Positions 9,055 through 18,805 of a DNA stretch of 52,254 bases are shown here, one piece after another (the first letter of the stretch is position 1; each line of letters opens with the position of its first letter). Where the stretch lies: contig CAZHOQ010000001.1 in NCBI GenBank assembly GCA_964533995.1, forward strand, positions 1 to 52,254, written 5' to 3'. The notes under the pieces were generated by a model. It was given only the letters and a program-made list of their open reading frames with translations, ran no database searches and was not told the DNA's origin. The stretch comes from an uncultured Gammaproteobacteria bacterium (lineage in GTDB: Bacteria; Patescibacteriota; Microgenomatia; UBA10105; UBA927). The translations under genes were made by a program, and so were the position numbers.

Positions 9055-11274
9055 ATGCTGCCCATCGAGTTATTAAGTGTCATCATCGCGAGCATTGGGA
9101 ACATTTTCCTCGGTCTGTTTACGTTCTTCAAAAATCCCAAAAGTGCAACCGGAAAATTATTCCTGAGTTTTACCTTATTGCTGGCGCTTTATATCGGCTT
9201 AAATTATGCCGCAACGCATCAGGCGACGGATGCGGCCGCTTCAGTGTTCGTCAGGGTTGTTATGAGCAATGCCGTGCTTATCAACCTCTTCTTTTACTTG
9301 TTGGTCGATACGTTTCCTCAGGCAAAAATCAGGACGAGCAAGCTTATTTTCTGGTCTTCGGTCATTGTGAGCGTCATTCTCGTTCCTATTACTTATCTGT
9401 TCATATTCGAGCAGGTAACCATAACAAACGGTTCCATTAAGACGTTGCCCGGGCTGGCAATGTCTGCCTTCCTGCTGCACACGCTTGTATACGTAGCCGG
9501 CGGTTTCCTGTGGCTAATTCATCGGTATAGGAAGTCCCGCGGGATAGAAAAGACACAGCGGCGTTTTTTCCTGGTCGGTACGGTATTTATGTTCGTATCG
9601 CTTTTGGTTACGAATCTTGTGTTTGTCGTTTTATTCAACAATGCGACGCTGGTGGGACTGCTTCCCTTATATACGCTCGTGTTTGTCGGATGCATCAGTT
9701 ACGCCATGGTCCGCCACAGGTTTCTGGACATCAACGTACTGGTTATCCGCGTTGTCGTGTACTCCGTGCTCATTGCCCTGGTCGCCATTCTCTTTACGGT
9801 TCTCGTCTCCCTCGTAGGACAGACGATATTCCCCATACAATTCACCCAGGAAGAACAGCTCATTCTTATTGGCACGACGGTTATCGTGAGTTTGCTTTTC
9901 CAGCAGGTGAGACATGCCATCGAGCGGATAACCGACCGGATTTTTTTTAAAGGCCGGTATGTCACCAATGACGTTTTAAGTGAACTGTCCCATATCATGG
10001 CTTCGACGTTGCGCCTTGAGGATTTGACCCATGGCCTTCTGGAAACATTACTGGCGGAGCTTCGTATCGGGAAAGGAGCGATAATCCTCCTCCAGGAAGG
10101 GAACGTGACCGGCGTGTTAAGCGAGGGATATGATCCGTTCCCAACCATCGACGAATCCCGCATCCGCGTTGCCTTGTCGGCCCGCAAGACGCTCAATGCC
10201 GACGAACTTGAAGACGGTCCGGTAAAAGACGCCCTTACGTCATTGGAAGCGGTGACGCTCGTGCATTTACGGAGCGAAGGGAAAGAAATAGGAGTGCTTG
10301 TTCTCGGGGCAAAATCCTCAGGCGACATTTACTCGTCGCAAGATCTCTCCTTGCTGGAAATTCTTGCGCCGGAGGCCGCAGTTGCCGTTCAGAATGCGCT
10401 TTCCTATGAGGAAATCCGCCGATTCTCGATCACCCTCCAGGACGAAGTGACGCGGGCAACGGAGGATCTGCGGAAGGCGAATGTCAGGCTTCAGGAATTG
10501 GACAAGCTTAAAGACGAGTTCGTTTCGCTTGCATCCCACGAGCTCCGGACGCCGCTGACGGCCATCCGTTCCTACATATGGATGGCGCTTTCCGGCAAAG
10601 GGGGCGAATTAAATGAAAAACAGACATATTATCTGGACCGCTCCTTCACCTCGACCAACAGGCTTATTAAGCTCGTCAACAGCATGTTGAACATATCAAG
10701 AATAGAGTCGGGACGCATGGCAATATCGTTTAAACGGGGAACCGTGGCCTCCTTAATCCAGACGGCACTTGACGAAATCCAGCCAAAAATCGTGGAGTTG
10801 GGACTTGTGGTTGTTCCCCGCGTGGGGACCGGCCTTCCCGACGTTATCGCGGATCCGGACAAAATCGCGGAAGTGCTTATGAATTTTATCGGGAACGCAA
10901 TGAAGTTTACGCCGAAAGGCGGAACGATAACGATCCAGGCGATACCCGAAGGGTCCTTTATACGGATTTCGGTGACGGATACCGGGGTCGGGATCGCAAA
11001 AGAGGACCTCTCTAAACTGTTTACGAAATTCGGAGCGCTCCGGTCCGGATCAACGCCTGAGGCAATTGCCGCGCAAAGCACGGGCTTGGGACTGTATATC
11101 AGCAAGTCCATTATAACCATGCACGGCGGGAACGTCTCTGCGATGTCTGACGGGTTGGGGAAGGGATCGACGTTTAGTTTTACCCTGCCGGTTTTCTCTG
11201 AGGAAAAAATTCAGGCACTTCAGGGGCAATATAAGACCGAGGGGTTGGGAATCATCCACAACACCATTGAATGA
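9055..11274 (+). CDS. Sensor histidine kinase: N-terminal 7TM region, GAF-like domain, HisKA, HATPase_c
   Basis: About 7 hydrophobic helices in the first ~290 aa. H-box SHELRTPLTAI. N, G1 and G2 boxes (NFIGNAMKFTP, DTGVGI, GLGLYISK). Confidence 0.9.
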   Translation: MLPIELLSVIIASIGNIFLGLFTFFKNPKSATGKLFLSFTLLLALYIGLNYAATHQATDAAASVFVRVVMSNAVLINLFFYLLVDTFPQAKIRTSKLIFWSSVIVSVILVPITYLFIFEQVTITNGSIKTLPGLAMSAFLLHTLVYVAGGFLWLIHRYRKSRGIEKTQRRFFLVGTVFMFVSLLVTNLVFVVLFNNATLVGLLPLYTLVFVGCISYAMVRHRFLDINVLVIRVVVYSVLIALVAILFTVLVSLVGQTIFPIQFTQEEQLILIGTTVIVSLLFQQVRHAIERITDRIFFKGRYVTNDVLSELSHIMASTLRLEDLTHGLLETLLAELRIGKGAIILLQEGNVTGVLSEGYDPFPTIDESRIRVALSARKTLNADELEDGPVKDALTSLEAVTLVHLRSEGKEIGVLVLGAKSSGDIYSSQDLSLLEILAPEAAVAVQNALSYEEIRRFSITLQDEVTRATEDLRKANVRLQELDKLKDEFVSLASHELRTPLTAIRSYIWMALSGKGGELNEKQTYYLDRSFTSTNRLIKLVNSMLNISRIESGRMAISFKRGTVASLIQTALDEIQPKIVELGLVVVPRVGTGLPDVIADPDKIAEVLMNFIGNAMKFTPKGGTITIQAIPEGSFIRISVTDTGVGIAKEDLSKLFTKFGALRSGSTPEAIAAQSTGLGLYISKSIITMHGGNVSAMSDGLGKGSTFSFTLPVFSEEKIQALQGQYKTEGLGIIHNTIE

Positions 11275-11777
11275 AGCGAGGTATGAAACGGTCATCCAAA
11301 ATATTCAGTCGGGGAGCCAGCCTAATAGAACTACTGTTGGTTATGGCAATAATCGGGGTATTTGCCCGGCTTATTACCCTTAATTTGTTCCGCGGGCAGC
11401 AGCGGACATCGATAACGGTAACAAGGGATACGGTTGTTTCCGATCTGCGGCGGACCCAGCTTCAGGCGATGCAGGGGGAGACGGAATCCCCGGGATCGTA
11501 TCTTGATTATTCCATCCGTTTTGAAGAGGGGCGTTATATCATTTTTCCCGGTTCAGTGTATGATGCCGGCAATACGGCCAATCAGGTCGTTGCGCTCGAC
11601 CCGATTTTGAGTTTTTCTTCCATTGACCTGCCGTTTTCCATGATTACGTTTGCGCGGTTGAGCGGTGACATTCGGGATTTTGATTCCATACTCAATCACG
11701 TAACCCTCACCAACGCGCAGACCGGTGATAGTTACCGGCTGACATTTAATGAGCGCGGCATTCCGTTTATCGAGTGA
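11271..11777 (+). CDS. Pseudopilin / minor pilin (GspH/FimT-like) with prepilin-type N-terminal signal
   Basis: G|ASLIELLLVMAIIGV is a class III signal with Glu at +5. ATGA overlap with the kinase stop (11271-11274). Confidence 0.75.
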   Translation: MKRGMKRSSKIFSRGASLIELLLVMAIIGVFARLITLNLFRGQQRTSITVTRDTVVSDLRRTQLQAMQGETESPGSYLDYSIRFEEGRYIIFPGSVYDAGNTANQVVALDPILSFSSIDLPFSMITFARLSGDIRDFDSILNHVTLTNAQTGDSYRLTFNERGIPFIE

Positions 11778-11781
11778 TTAT

Positions 11782-12294
11782 ATGAAACGATTGCGCCGCG
11801 ACAGCGGTTTTACATTAATAGAGCTCACCATGTATGGTGGTTTATTGGGTATTCTTCTGGTTATCTTGAGCGAGTTCTTCGTGACGATTGTCGGAACCCA
11901 GCTCAAAACCAGTGTCGATGCGGCTATGAATTATGACAGCGCATACTTATTAGCGAGAACGACCTATGACATCCGGCGTTCCGTAGCTATCCAATCGCCT
12001 GCGGTTGGCGCATCCGCGAGCGCACTCGTGCTGACGGTTGAAGACGGAGGGACGGATAAAACCTACCAGTACGCGGTGACAAACGGCAATCTGATGCTCA
12101 CGATTGATTCCCAAACGACACAGCTCAATAGTAGCAATTCCGCGGTAACGGACTTTTCCGTCACCCGCATCGGTAATTCCGCAAGCAACCCTTCGGCAAA
12201 GGATACGGTGGGCGTCCAGTTCACCCTGGGGGCAGTTGCGAGCGTATCGGGAGACAGGGAGCGGCGGTTTTCGACCACGGTAAGTTTACGATGA
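11782..12294 (+). CDS. Pseudopilin / minor pilin with prepilin-type N-terminal signal
   Basis: MKRLRRDSG|FTLIELTMYGGLLGILL. Trimmed to ATG 11782, which lies 4 nt after the upstream stop. Confidence 0.7.
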   Translation: MKRLRRDSGFTLIELTMYGGLLGILLVILSEFFVTIVGTQLKTSVDAAMNYDSAYLLARTTYDIRRSVAIQSPAVGASASALVLTVEDGGTDKTYQYAVTNGNLMLTIDSQTTQLNSSNSAVTDFSVTRIGNSASNPSAKDTVGVQFTLGAVASVSGDRERRFSTTVSLR

Positions 12295-12683
12295 AACAAA
12301 CGTCATATCATCTGAATTCCGGACAGGCGGTAGTCACCGTGCTTTTTGTCGTGGTGATCGGCATGCTGGTGACAACCGGGGCAGTTATGACGCTTCTCAA
12401 CGCCTATCAGTCGTTGACGAACCAGGAACTCGGGCGTGAGGCGTTTGCGGCGGCGGAGGCCGGCGTTGAAAACGGTATGCTACGCTTGCTTCGGGACACG
12501 TCGTATACTGGAGAGACGATCACATTTCCGGGAGGAAAAACCGCCGTTGTCACGGTCGTTCAGTCGCCGGATATTGTTATGGTATCGACGGGGACGGTAA
12601 ATAACGTCTCCCGGAAAATTCAGGTGAACGCGCATATCACGGATATGAATATTATCGTCGACACATGGAGGGAGATTCCGTAA
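12291..12683 (+). CDS. PilX-like minor pilin candidate / pilus-locus hypothetical
   Basis: N-terminal hydrophobic helix after SG|QAVVT, with no Glu+5. ATGA overlap with the upstream gene. Confidence 0.5.
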   Translation: MKQTSYHLNSGQAVVTVLFVVVIGMLVTTGAVMTLLNAYQSLTNQELGREAFAAAEAGVENGMLRLLRDTSYTGETITFPGGKTAVVTVVQSPDIVMVSTGTVNNVSRKIQVNAHITDMNIIVDTWREIP

Positions 12684-12696
12684 GCATGGCAAACGT

Positions 12697-13359
12697 ATGA
12701 GCGCATTACTTATTCACAAACGGAACGCAATTCTTGTCCAGTTTACCGACCGGGAGGGAAGCGCGACTATCCCGCTTCCTTTGGAGGCGCTTTCCGATAT
12801 GGATGTGACGAGTGAGGAAGCCTACCTGGCGTCCGTGGGTAAAGTGCTGGGGAAGAAAGTGAGCCCGACCGTTCCTGCCGTGCTCGTCATTGCCGATGAA
12901 CTGTGTTACGTGGCGCAGGCGGCACCCGCGGAAGTGGAAGCAAAAACAAAGGAGCTTATTTCCAACACGCCGTTTACCCATGTGGAAACCGTGACGATCA
13001 AAACCCCGAAATTGTCGTATGTTATCGCGACGAATGCGGATATCTACGAAGCCGCGGTGCGGGTTTTCGATTCATATGGGTATGCAATCACGACCGTGAT
13101 TCCGTGGGCGGCCCTTACCTTTCATAAGGTGAGTGCCGGGGGGGAAATTGACCGGGTTACGGTGAAGCGAACGTTTGACGCGCTGGGGACCCTCAAATCA
13201 TACTCGTTTCCCCTGAGCGCCCATGAGCATGCTGAAGCGGAGGCTACTCCCGCGCCTTCATCTGACAAGCGTAAATCGTTGCCCGTCGGCTGGATTATAT
13301 TCGGCGGATTTGCCCTCCTGTATGCCATCGGCATGATGTGGTTCATGACACGCCAATGA
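12697..13359 (+). CDS. Pilus-locus hypothetical protein with C-terminal TM anchor
   Basis: 220-aa ORF with a C-terminal helix (GWIIFGGFALLYAIGMMWF). It sits between pilin-like genes. No recognisable family. Confidence 0.5.
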   Translation: MSALLIHKRNAILVQFTDREGSATIPLPLEALSDMDVTSEEAYLASVGKVLGKKVSPTVPAVLVIADELCYVAQAAPAEVEAKTKELISNTPFTHVETVTIKTPKLSYVIATNADIYEAAVRVFDSYGYAITTVIPWAALTFHKVSAGGEIDRVTVKRTFDALGTLKSYSFPLSAHEHAEAEATPAPSSDKRKSLPVGWIIFGGFALLYAIGMMWFMTRQ

Positions 13360-16292
13360 GAGACACGCTTCAGTCCGGCCAGTTTATCGTCGAGCTTCTT
13401 GTCGCGATCGGGCTCATGCTCGTTATTCTTCCTCCCCTTACGTATATCATGATTGCCAGCCGGGAGAGCAAGCCCATGCAGGACGTGCGGGTTGCGGCAA
13501 ATACGATGTTGCAGGAAACCTATGAAGCAATGCGAAGCGTCCGTGAGCGCGGATGGAGTTATGTCGCAACCAATGGTACGTACTATCCGGTTGCAAGTGG
13601 CGGAGTGTGGGGTCTTAGTAGTGGTACCGAGGTCGCAGGGGATTTCACCCGGCAGGTAACGATAGGCGATGTGTATCGCGATTCTAACGGCGTGATAGTC
13701 GCAAGCGGCGGGACGCTCGATCCGTCGACGAAAAAAATTGACGCGACGATTTCCTGGACCATTCCATCGGTGTCTTCCATTTCGTCTACATGGTATCTTT
13801 CGCGGTACGTCGGTAATTCTTCGGTCGTGCATACCACGGAGGCGGATTTTTCGACAGGTGTCTTATATAACACGCAAGTTGCCAATACCCTGGGCGGGGA
13901 AATCATGTTGGCAAACAATAACAGGGGAAAATGGTGCAGTCCGTCGTTTTCCCAAACCGCAATCGACCTGCCCGACGGACCGCCTGTAGCGGTCGTTGCG
14001 ACGGCGAGCGCTTCCGTGGGTACACCCAATGACGCGTTTGTCGCCACGGCACCCGTAACATCCAGTTCGATCAAAATGGCGTACGTCAACGTCACCGCGG
14101 ATACCGAAAATCCGCAAGCGACGCTCCGGGGGATATTTACGTTGGATCCGGCTCAGTACAGCTCAGGAGCGCTCGTGCCGACCGGAATCAACCTGGATAA
14201 TACGTTCAAAACAAATGACATTAAGTACTACAAATCCGCTGCCGGAAAAGTGTATGCCCTGATGACGACCAATTTGCCGGACAAGGAAGTCATTGCCGTG
14301 CAAGTCAATGACGGCTCCGGGGATAGCTTTCAGGACCCGGTCAATAAGATTTACCGGTATTGGACCTATTTCAATACCAGGATGTACAGCACCGCATTCA
14401 ATAACCCGTCTGCGCAGGCGGCGGAAACGAGTAATGCGGGGGACAATAACGGGTTTCAGACGAGTAGCACCAATGCATATACCCTCAATGGATCATATGC
14501 AACGGACACCAACAGCGGCAGCGGCACGGGAACCGGGTGTACCGGAACCGACAAGGATAAGCATCAGTTTTACGATTACGACTTTTCTCTTCCGGCCGGG
14601 GCAACAATCGACGGCATTGAAGTGCAGGTGTCCGCACGCGTTGACGGTACGTCCGGATCTCCCAAGATGTGCGTATCGCTATCCTGGGACGGTGGAGTGA
14701 CGTGGTCTACCCCGCAATCGACGCCAACGCTCACGACGAGTAACACTGCCTATACCCTCGGAGGAGCAAGTGATACCTGGGGAAGAGCATGGAACGATGC
14801 GGAGTTTTCCAACGCGAACTTCCGGCTCCGGGTTGCAAACGTTGCAAGTAGCACGTCCCGGGATTTTTCACTTGATTACGCCGGCGTGAAGGTGTACTAC
14901 GACGGCGTTTCGACCGTGCCCAACGATCAGGATCCGTTCGGCTACGGGCCGCGGACACTGACCATCCTTGGAGACCGGGGATACGTGGCAGCGGGCGGGT
15001 ATCTCTACGTTTTCGATTTGACGAATATTGATGCCAAATCATCGGGAAGCGGATTAGACCAGCTCGGGTGCCGGATTCAGCTGGACGGATATGACTGCAG
15101 TCCGGGGACCGGTACCGATCGCAAATACGCTGCGGGGGAAACAGGCGCCTCATGGTCAGATACGACGGGCCCCGCCCACAATGACTGTTCGGACGGCGGT
15201 AATATCGAATTGTTTGCAACCAACCATATCGACGGGGTGACCGTCGGTGGGAACAATTACATTTACGTTGCCGTCGGCGCGGGGACCAATCCTGAATTTG
15301 CCATCGTGAATGCCACAAGCGTCCCTGACGGAGGTTCAAGTCCGTCCATTTCGAATACAAGCTGCGGCAGAATATCGGGGGGGAACGCCGGGTGGAAGCG
15401 GATCAGCTCGTATGATTTCAATTCCGCCTCCGGCACGGAGGAAGCGGCAAACTCTGTGTATGCCGCGGCTGACGGCGCGCGGGCATACATTTCCTCAAAC
15501 GGCGGCATTGACGGGAATGGGGATTTGGAGCCCGACAGCAAGCAATGGTACATCATCAATACGGCGAACAAATCCAGTCCGGCATTTTTGAGCGGATCGC
15601 CGTCAACGGGGGCGACGAGCGGATTCTATGAAGCAACAAGTACTGCGGATTTGCAGCTCTATCCCCGGCGATCGCTTACGGTACTCAATAAAAGCAGGGC
15701 CGTTCTTGTCGGCAGTGACGGGGTGAGCGACGGCAATGATGCCAGAGAATACCAGGTGCTCAATATCGACAACGAGGCAACACCGCTGTATTGCGGCGGA
15801 TTGAATTTCAATCAGGGGTTTAACGATCTTACGAGCGTTTCCGAGGCTGATGGGGACAACTATGTGTATATGGTTGCCAATACGGTCGACAAACAGCTAA
15901 AAGTAATCGAGGGCGGACCCGACACCGGCTTGTATTTAACTCCGGGCACATACGAATCGCCGGTTGTCGATGTCGGCGGATCTGCCGCGCTGAACCGGTT
16001 CTCTGGTGCCGTCAGCCTTCCGGCGTCGACAAATATCCGCGTACAGGTTGCCAGCGCTGCTCCCGTGGGAGGAAGCTGTTCATCGGCGTCATATTCCTAC
16101 ATCGGTCCGGATGGAACGAACGGGACGTTCTTTACGCCGGTCGGCAGCACGGTTTCCGCGAGCATGCCCGTGGGCACCTATGGAGGATATACGAATCCGA
16201 ACCAATGTTTCCGGTACAAGGTCTTTATGGAGACGACGGACACCAATCAAACACCCGTGCTGTATGATATGGGGGTCAATTATTCCCCGTGA
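13356..16292 (+). CDS. Giant pilin-like protein (about 978 aa) with prepilin-type N-terminus; putative pilus tip or adhesin subunit
   Basis: MRDTLQSG|QFIVELLVAIGLML is a class III signal with Glu+5. ATG 13356 overlaps the upstream TGA (ATGA); the listed start at 13338 is a GTG. The remainder is Gly/Ser/Thr/Asn-rich and beta-type. Confidence 0.7.
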   Translation: MRDTLQSGQFIVELLVAIGLMLVILPPLTYIMIASRESKPMQDVRVAANTMLQETYEAMRSVRERGWSYVATNGTYYPVASGGVWGLSSGTEVAGDFTRQVTIGDVYRDSNGVIVASGGTLDPSTKKIDATISWTIPSVSSISSTWYLSRYVGNSSVVHTTEADFSTGVLYNTQVANTLGGEIMLANNNRGKWCSPSFSQTAIDLPDGPPVAVVATASASVGTPNDAFVATAPVTSSSIKMAYVNVTADTENPQATLRGIFTLDPAQYSSGALVPTGINLDNTFKTNDIKYYKSAAGKVYALMTTNLPDKEVIAVQVNDGSGDSFQDPVNKIYRYWTYFNTRMYSTAFNNPSAQAAETSNAGDNNGFQTSSTNAYTLNGSYATDTNSGSGTGTGCTGTDKDKHQFYDYDFSLPAGATIDGIEVQVSARVDGTSGSPKMCVSLSWDGGVTWSTPQSTPTLTTSNTAYTLGGASDTWGRAWNDAEFSNANFRLRVANVASSTSRDFSLDYAGVKVYYDGVSTVPNDQDPFGYGPRTLTILGDRGYVAAGGYLYVFDLTNIDAKSSGSGLDQLGCRIQLDGYDCSPGTGTDRKYAAGETGASWSDTTGPAHNDCSDGGNIELFATNHIDGVTVGGNNYIYVAVGAGTNPEFAIVNATSVPDGGSSPSISNTSCGRISGGNAGWKRISSYDFNSASGTEEAANSVYAAADGARAYISSNGGIDGNGDLEPDSKQWYIINTANKSSPAFLSGSPSTGATSGFYEATSTADLQLYPRRSLTVLNKSRAVLVGSDGVSDGNDAREYQVLNIDNEATPLYCGGLNFNQGFNDLTSVSEADGDNYVYMVANTVDKQLKVIEGGPDTGLYLTPGTYESPVVDVGGSAALNRFSGAVSLPASTNIRVQVASAAPVGGSCSSASYSYIGPDGTNGTFFTPVGSTVSASMPVGTYGGYTNPNQCFRYKVFMETTDTNQTPVLYDMGVNYSP

Positions 16293-16295
16293 GCC

Positions 16296-16323
16296 TTGAC
16301 AAACACGAATTCCTTCTTATAAG
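16296..16323 (+). promoter_or_regulatory. Sigma70-like promoter candidate for the major pilin gene
   Basis: TTGACA (16296-16301), a 16-nt spacer, then TATAAG (16318-16323). GGAGG at 16352-16356 lies 10 nt before ATG 16367. Confidence 0.45.
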
Positions 16324-16366
16324 CTGGATACATCTGTAAAATGTCCAAAAAGGAGGGACGCTGCCT

Positions 16367-16819
16367 ATGAAAAAGAATAAAGGTTTCACGCTCATCGAGC
16401 TACTTGTCGTCATCGGTATTTTGGCGATCTTATTGGCTATCACATTGATTGCAATTAATCCGGCCAGGCAATTCGGTCAGGCCAACAACACCAAGCGCAG
16501 AAGCGACGTGTTACAGATTCTTAACGGCATCCATCAATATGTCGCCGAGAATCAGGGACAGCTTCCCGCCGAAGTCAGCGGATTGACCGCGGACGCAAGG
16601 CTTATGTTCAACAGCGGAAACTTCCCGAACCTTTGCGGACAGCTGATGACGAATTACCTGCCGGCCTTGCCGACGGATCCGTCACTCAACACGTCCAATA
16701 TAACGAGCTGCACGGGAACGTGGAGCACGGGATACGAAATTTCCCGCGATAGCGCAAACCGCATCACGGTATTGGCGCCGACGACCGATAACGCGGCATC
16801 CATTTCCGCAACCCGGTAA
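16367..16819 (+). CDS. pilA: Type IV major pilin
   Basis: MKKNKG|FTLIELLVVIGILAILLAI is a canonical prepilin leader and helix. Size is 150 aa. It has its own promoter, RBS and terminator. Confidence 0.85.
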   Translation: MKKNKGFTLIELLVVIGILAILLAITLIAINPARQFGQANNTKRRSDVLQILNGIHQYVAENQGQLPAEVSGLTADARLMFNSGNFPNLCGQLMTNYLPALPTDPSLNTSNITSCTGTWSTGYEISRDSANRITVLAPTTDNAASISATR

Positions 16820-16844
16820 CGAATTGGAAACGAGTAATACAAAT

Positions 16845-16874
16845 CCCAGCCCCGAAAGGGGCTGGGTTCGTTTT
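16845..16874 (+). terminator. Rho-independent terminator between convergent pilA and typA
   Basis: Stem cccagcccc (16845-16853), loop gaaa, stem ggggctggg (16858-16866), then ttcgtttt. The T-tract is good only for the + strand. Confidence 0.7.
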
Positions 16875-16884
16875 GGGAGAATGG

Positions 16885-18705
16885 TTATTGGGTAGCCCGC
16901 TGTGCCCGCACGCGGTTGACCTTGGAGAGATGGACTTTTCGGAGTCGGAGCGATAACGGCGTTATTTCCAATAGTTCATCATCCTCGATGAAATCGAGGG
17001 CCTGTTCAAGGGATAGCTCAAGCGGGGGATCCAATTGGATCGCGATATCGGCGTTTGCCGAATGGATATTGGTTAGGCGTTTCGACTTCGTGATGTTGAT
17101 GTCGATGTCTTCGTTTTTGTTGGAAATGCCGATGATCATGCCTTCATAAACCGGTACGCCGGGACCGATGAGCGCTCTGCCCCGTTCCTGGACGGTTGTC
17201 AGAGCGTACCCCGTTGATTTGCCGGTTTCGATGGAAACGAGGACACCGTTTCGCGCCTTTTCGCGCTTTGGCGTAACCGGGAAATATCCGATAACCCGGG
17301 TAGCAATAATGCCACTCCCACGGGTTTTGGTCATGATGTCGCCCCGGAATCCCAGAAGATTCCTGGTTGAAATTTTGTAGACCATCTTTGTCATCCCGCG
17401 TTCATCCGTGTGCGTATCCAGCATTTCGCCCCTCCGCTTTCCCATTTCTTCCGTAATGATGCCGACGAGCGAGGAGGAAAGTTCGACGGTTAATTCTTCA
17501 TACGGTTCGCAAAGCTCTCCGTTGATCGTTTTCATAATGACTTCCGGTTTGCCGACCTGACACTCGAATCCTTCACGGCGCATGGTCTCGAGTAAGACAG
17601 CGATATGGAGTTCCCCCCGGCCGGATACCAAGAAGCCGTTGCTTGTTGGGCTCGGTTCGATCTTCAGGCCGATGTTGGTTTCAATCTCTCTCGTCAGCCG
17701 GTCGGCAAGCTGCGTTGGGGTGCCGAATTTGGACTCCTTACCGGCAAATGGGGACGTATTGGGTCCGACGAGCACCTTAAGCGTAGGTTCTTCGATAGTG
17801 ATTTTCGGAAATCCTAATGGGTCTGACGGGTGTGTCAGCGTTTGGCCGATGGAAATACTTCCGCCAGTGATTGCGATAATATCTCCGGTGACACCGGTGT
17901 CCGTTGGTACCCTGGTTAAGCCCTTGCTCGTAAATACTTCTTCCACCCGGAGCGTTCCGATTTTTTCGGTTTCCTCCATGACGAGCAACTGATCGCCTTT
18001 CCTGACGGTTCCCTGGGAGACTTTTCCGATGGCGAATTTCCCCTTATGGCTGTCGAAGTCCAGGCTGGTAACGAGCATTTTGAAAGGTTTGTCGGGATCA
18101 CCGGAGGGGGCGGGTACATATGTTAGGATAGCCTCAAAGAGGGGAATGAGATTTGCGGGAGCACCCGGATCGGAGGGTAGATGGTCCCAAGCTTTTTCCT
18201 CCCGTCCGATGGAGTAGAGGATGGGAAAGTTCAGATGCCCTTCGTGGTGAGCAAGATGCAGGAACAAGCTCTCTATTTCATGAAGCACTTCTTGGGGCCG
18301 CGCGTCTTTTCTATCGATTTTGTTGATGACCACGATAACCGGAATGTTTTGCGCAAGCGCCTTCTGCAAAACAAAATGCGTTTGGGGAAGGGGTCCTTCC
18401 GCGCTGTCTACAATAAGGAGTGCCCCGTCCGCCATATTAATGACGCGCTCAACTTCTCCGGAAAAGTCCGCGTGTCCCGGCGTATCGATAATGTTGATTT
18501 TTGTATCCTGATACGTAACCGATGTGTTCTTCGCAAGAATGGTTATGCCCTTTTCACGCTCCAATTCATTGGAGTCGAGGATGGTCGTTGCCGACATTTC
18601 CGCCTGGTTGTCGCGGAACGTGTGCGTCTGCTTGAGCATTCCGTCCACCAGGGTCGTTTTTCCGTGATCCACGTGGGCGATAATTGCAATGTTTCTGATA
18701 TTCAT
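16885..18705 (-). CDS. typA: Translational GTPase TypA/BipA
   Basis: MNIRNIAIIAHVDHGKTTLVDGMLKQ, DTPGHADF and NKID G-motifs. The 606-aa length and EF-G-like domain order are typical of BipA. Confidence 0.95.
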   Translation of the reverse strand: MNIRNIAIIAHVDHGKTTLVDGMLKQTHTFRDNQAEMSATTILDSNELEREKGITILAKNTSVTYQDTKINIIDTPGHADFSGEVERVINMADGALLIVDSAEGPLPQTHFVLQKALAQNIPVIVVINKIDRKDARPQEVLHEIESLFLHLAHHEGHLNFPILYSIGREEKAWDHLPSDPGAPANLIPLFEAILTYVPAPSGDPDKPFKMLVTSLDFDSHKGKFAIGKVSQGTVRKGDQLLVMEETEKIGTLRVEEVFTSKGLTRVPTDTGVTGDIIAITGGSISIGQTLTHPSDPLGFPKITIEEPTLKVLVGPNTSPFAGKESKFGTPTQLADRLTREIETNIGLKIEPSPTSNGFLVSGRGELHIAVLLETMRREGFECQVGKPEVIMKTINGELCEPYEELTVELSSSLVGIITEEMGKRRGEMLDTHTDERGMTKMVYKISTRNLLGFRGDIMTKTRGSGIIATRVIGYFPVTPKREKARNGVLVSIETGKSTGYALTTVQERGRALIGPGVPVYEGMIIGISNKNEDIDINITKSKRLTNIHSANADIAIQLDPPLELSLEQALDFIEDDELLEITPLSLRLRKVHLSKVNRVRAQRATQ

Positions 18706-18805
18706 AGGAAAAATTCGATAAACGGGGTGAAAGGTCTTGGAAACACGAGGCTACCTACCTACACAGGCCATTTTCGAGCTTAGCGTAGTATACCAGGCTA
18801 AAGGG

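Noticed and set aside
9950-10450. Idea that the lyase and ligase genes make a PYP-like p-coumaroyl chromophore attached to the kinase's GAF-like domain.
   Set aside because: The GAF-like segment of the kinase contains no cysteine; the only Cys I see is in the membrane region. Lyase substrate specificity cannot be read by eye. I keep this only as an analogy inside the cassette finding.
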